From assembly GCA_030668825.1 (NCBI GenBank), contig DAOVET010000045.1:1-19202 (forward strand): a stretch of 19,202 nucleotides of DNA, given 5' to 3'. Both the position numbers and the translations under genes were made by a program. Under the pieces are notes generated by a model that worked only from the letters and a program-made list of their open reading frames with translations, was not told where the DNA came from and did not search any database. This DNA comes from Candidatus Heimdallarchaeota archaeon (lineage in GTDB: Archaea > Asgardarchaeota > Heimdallarchaeia > Heimdallarchaeales > Heimdallarchaeaceae). Below, piece by piece: positions 17,284-19,202 of the stretch; positions within the stretch are counted from its first letter, which is position 1, and each line of letters begins with the position of its first letter.

Positions 17284-17931
17284 ATGAATCTTCGAGCTCC
17301 AAAATCAAAAGAAACGTTTGCTGCATATTCACATGCTACTGCACTAATTTTTGCTATTATAGGTTCTATTTACTTGATAGTACTGGCAAGAGAAAATATT
17401 GGTTTGTTAATTGCCACAATTGTCTACTCTTTTTGTTTATGTTTTATGTTTGGAGCTAGTGCGTTTTATCACACTGTGAAAAGAGAAGATTTCGAGGAAT
17501 CAGTTTGGAGAAAGGTTGATCATGTAGCCATTTATTTTATGATTGCAGGGTCGTATACTGCTATATCGTATATATACACTGACGGCAATTTTAGGTGGAT
17601 TATTATAGGACTGCAATGGGGATTTGTAGTTGTTGGAACCATTCTCAAAATACTTTACATTAAAGTACCTATTTGGATTGATGTTGGAATATATTTAGTA
17701 ATGGGGTGGATGATTGTAATTAGGTTGGATTATATGTTCAAAGCCTTTCCACTTAGAATCTTTCTACTTGTTCTGTTTGGAGGTATAGCGTATACTGTAG
17801 GAGCAATTTTTCATGCATTAAACAAACAGAAACCATTCCCTGGAGTATTTGTATTTCATGATATTTTTCATGTTCTGATTATAGTTGGAGCTTCAGTTCA
17901 TTATAGTACAATTCTTGAAGCAGTTCTTTAG
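17284..17931 (+). CDS. Hemolysin III / PAQR family membrane protein
   Basis: About seven TM segments with family motifs YSH, SAFYH, RKVDHVAIYFMIAGSYT, YLVMGW, GGIAYTVGA and HDIFH. Confidence 0.92.
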   Translation: MNLRAPKSKETFAAYSHATALIFAIIGSIYLIVLARENIGLLIATIVYSFCLCFMFGASAFYHTVKREDFEESVWRKVDHVAIYFMIAGSYTAISYIYTDGNFRWIIIGLQWGFVVVGTILKILYIKVPIWIDVGIYLVMGWMIVIRLDYMFKAFPLRIFLLVLFGGIAYTVGAIFHALNKQKPFPGVFVFHDIFHVLIIVGASVHYSTILEAVL

Positions 17932-17996
17932 AAATTTTATAACAAAAGATATAATGATTCAGCTTACTTTATATTATTGAAGAACAAAGGATATTT

Positions 17997-18926
17997 GTGA
18001 GCCTAAAGTCTAATATTCGTCAAAAAATTGAATATCAATGTAACAACTGTGGGAAGCAAAGGATTCTCTTTATAGCTCCTGCTCTTCAGAGTGAAAAGGT
18101 TGAATCTCATGGTTATACTGAATATACTGATGTTCATATTTGTAAAGATAATGAGTTACAGGCGATAAAGCTCTTTGTTGATACTAATTATGATGTAAGA
18201 ACACAGGTGACTGTGGAGAGTAAACCGAAAACTGAAATCCCTGGAATTATAGAGATGTCTGGTTTGAATATTCCTGTTCCCAAGAAAACTGAATTCCTTA
18301 CTGAAACAATTGAACCAACAAAAGATTTCGGGGGATATAATATTTTTTGTTTAGAGATTAAAGATAAATTAAGACAACGAAAATATATTCTTAAAACAGA
18401 AAAAGAAGGAAAGATAGTAAGTTCTATATCTCCATTAGGGTTCATTGAAATCAAAGCAAAAGTATTTGAAGATACGACTGAAGAATTTACACAAGAATGG
18501 TTGATTAGTCTAGCAAACACATTAGAATCCCTTGTATTTTTAGATGAGGAGCTCTTAAGCTATCTAGGCATTTATCTGGATTATATGATTACATCTAGAC
18601 CTAAAGAAAAGGAACTCCTAGAATTAAACTTGCTCCTTCATTCTACAAAAGCAATCCCTCACTCAACAGAGGAGCACATCTCAATATTTGAAGAGCACGT
18701 GAATGAACTTTTTCCAGAGCTGAATATCGTCAGTTATCGTATGTACAAAACAATTATGGAAGCCTGTTTCAAGAATGAACAACAAACTCTGATGAATGTT
18801 TTTGAAAAGATAAGAAAGAAAATCCCACAGATTCAGGGTTTTCCATATTTCATATCTGTTGTAAGTATTTTGGTATCATTTGGTTTTGTAAACTTGGAAA
18901 AATTAGAGTTTTATACTGTAGGATAG
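17997..18926 (+). CDS. Hypothetical protein with N-terminal putative Zn site
   Basis: 309-aa ORF with GTG start. CNNC..HIC followed by LFVDTNYDVR. Co-oriented and tightly packed with its neighbours. Confidence 0.75.
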   Translation: MSLKSNIRQKIEYQCNNCGKQRILFIAPALQSEKVESHGYTEYTDVHICKDNELQAIKLFVDTNYDVRTQVTVESKPKTEIPGIIEMSGLNIPVPKKTEFLTETIEPTKDFGGYNIFCLEIKDKLRQRKYILKTEKEGKIVSSISPLGFIEIKAKVFEDTTEEFTQEWLISLANTLESLVFLDEELLSYLGIYLDYMITSRPKEKELLELNLLLHSTKAIPHSTEEHISIFEEHVNELFPELNIVSYRMYKTIMEACFKNEQQTLMNVFEKIRKKIPQIQGFPYFISVVSILVSFGFVNLEKLEFYTVG

Positions 18927-18933
18927 TGATTAG

Positions 18934-19202
18934 ATGGAATTTGATAAAGATATATTTGAAGGTAAAGAAGCTTTCAGTATTTTGAAATTTTTAAGCGATG
19001 AAATAGGACCGAGGGTTACAGGTTCATCTCAAGAAGAAAAAGCTGCTAAATATATTTTAAGTAAATTTGATGAATATAATAGAAATAAATCATCGATTAA
19101 TACTTATTCTCACAAATTCTATTCAGGTAAAGAAGCTTCAGTAGCTAAGTTGCCTGATGGGACTCCAATTCATGGAAAACCCATGTGGATGACAAAATCT
19201 AC
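18934..19202 (+). CDS. M28-family (amino)peptidase, N-terminal part; runs off the window edge
   Basis: Not in the ORF track. Manual translation MEFDKDIFEGKEAFSILKFLSDEIGPRVTGSSQEEKAAKYILSKF.. shows the M28 N-terminal motif L....GPRxxGS..E..AA.YI. Frame is open to the window end. Confidence 0.8.
   Translation, partial: MEFDKDIFEGKEAFSILKFLSDEIGPRVTGSSQEEKAAKYILSKFDEYNRNKSSINTYSHKFYSGKEASVAKLPDGTPIHGKPMWMTKS

Noticed and set aside
17284-17931. Hemolysin as a toxin or virulence factor
   Set aside because: HlyIII/PAQR proteins are widespread housekeeping membrane proteins, and the name does not imply toxicity.
2014-18520. Short antisense ORFs in the track (e.g. 2014, 4659, 5172, 5593, 5965, 6231, 7155, 7379, 8362, 8779, 9795, 12034, 13678, 14293, 15100, 18188) and the alternate-frame ORF at 8830
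   Set aside because: They overlap well-supported genes and show no motifs, so they are treated as shadow ORFs.
1-19202. CRISPR array, tRNA/rRNA, IS element, provirus or defence island
   Set aside because: No regularly spaced repeats, GC-rich structured RNA segments, transposase, integrase, capsid or nuclease motifs were seen by eye.

Overview
AT-rich (roughly one-third GC by eye), gene-dense archaeal DNA, most consistent with an Asgard archaeon. That call is inferred from a stand-alone longin-like protein, a PARP-type zinc finger protein, a TPR-like protein, TATA-type promoters, GGTGA/GGAGG ribosome-binding motifs and oligo-T terminators. From left to right the window holds: a minus-strand ECF transporter operon (S component, fused double ATPase, partial T component); directly upstream of it, a threonine-synthase-fold protein that has lost its PLP lysine and carries a C-terminal winged-helix domain; a longin-like protein; a long-chain acyl-CoA ligase; a zf-PARP protein; a ferritin-like protein; two apparently paralogous membrane/zinc-ribbon proteins; a frameshifted lactate permease; an unannotated 56-aa membrane protein; a GH38 alpha-mannosidase; a TPR-like/HhH fusion; a truncated MMPL remnant; a HlyIII/PAQR protein; a hypothetical protein; and the start of an M28 peptidase. 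The best candidate for an undescribed system is the first 4.1 kb: a pseudo-enzyme (PLP-fold, K-to-R) one-component regulator, a perfect 8-2-8 palindrome just downstream of the TATA box of the ECF operon, and an S component resembling B6/HMP-type transporters. Together these suggest a cofactor-sensing uptake regulon. No RNA genes, CRISPR arrays or mobile elements were recognised. No searches were run; family calls come from motif recognition.
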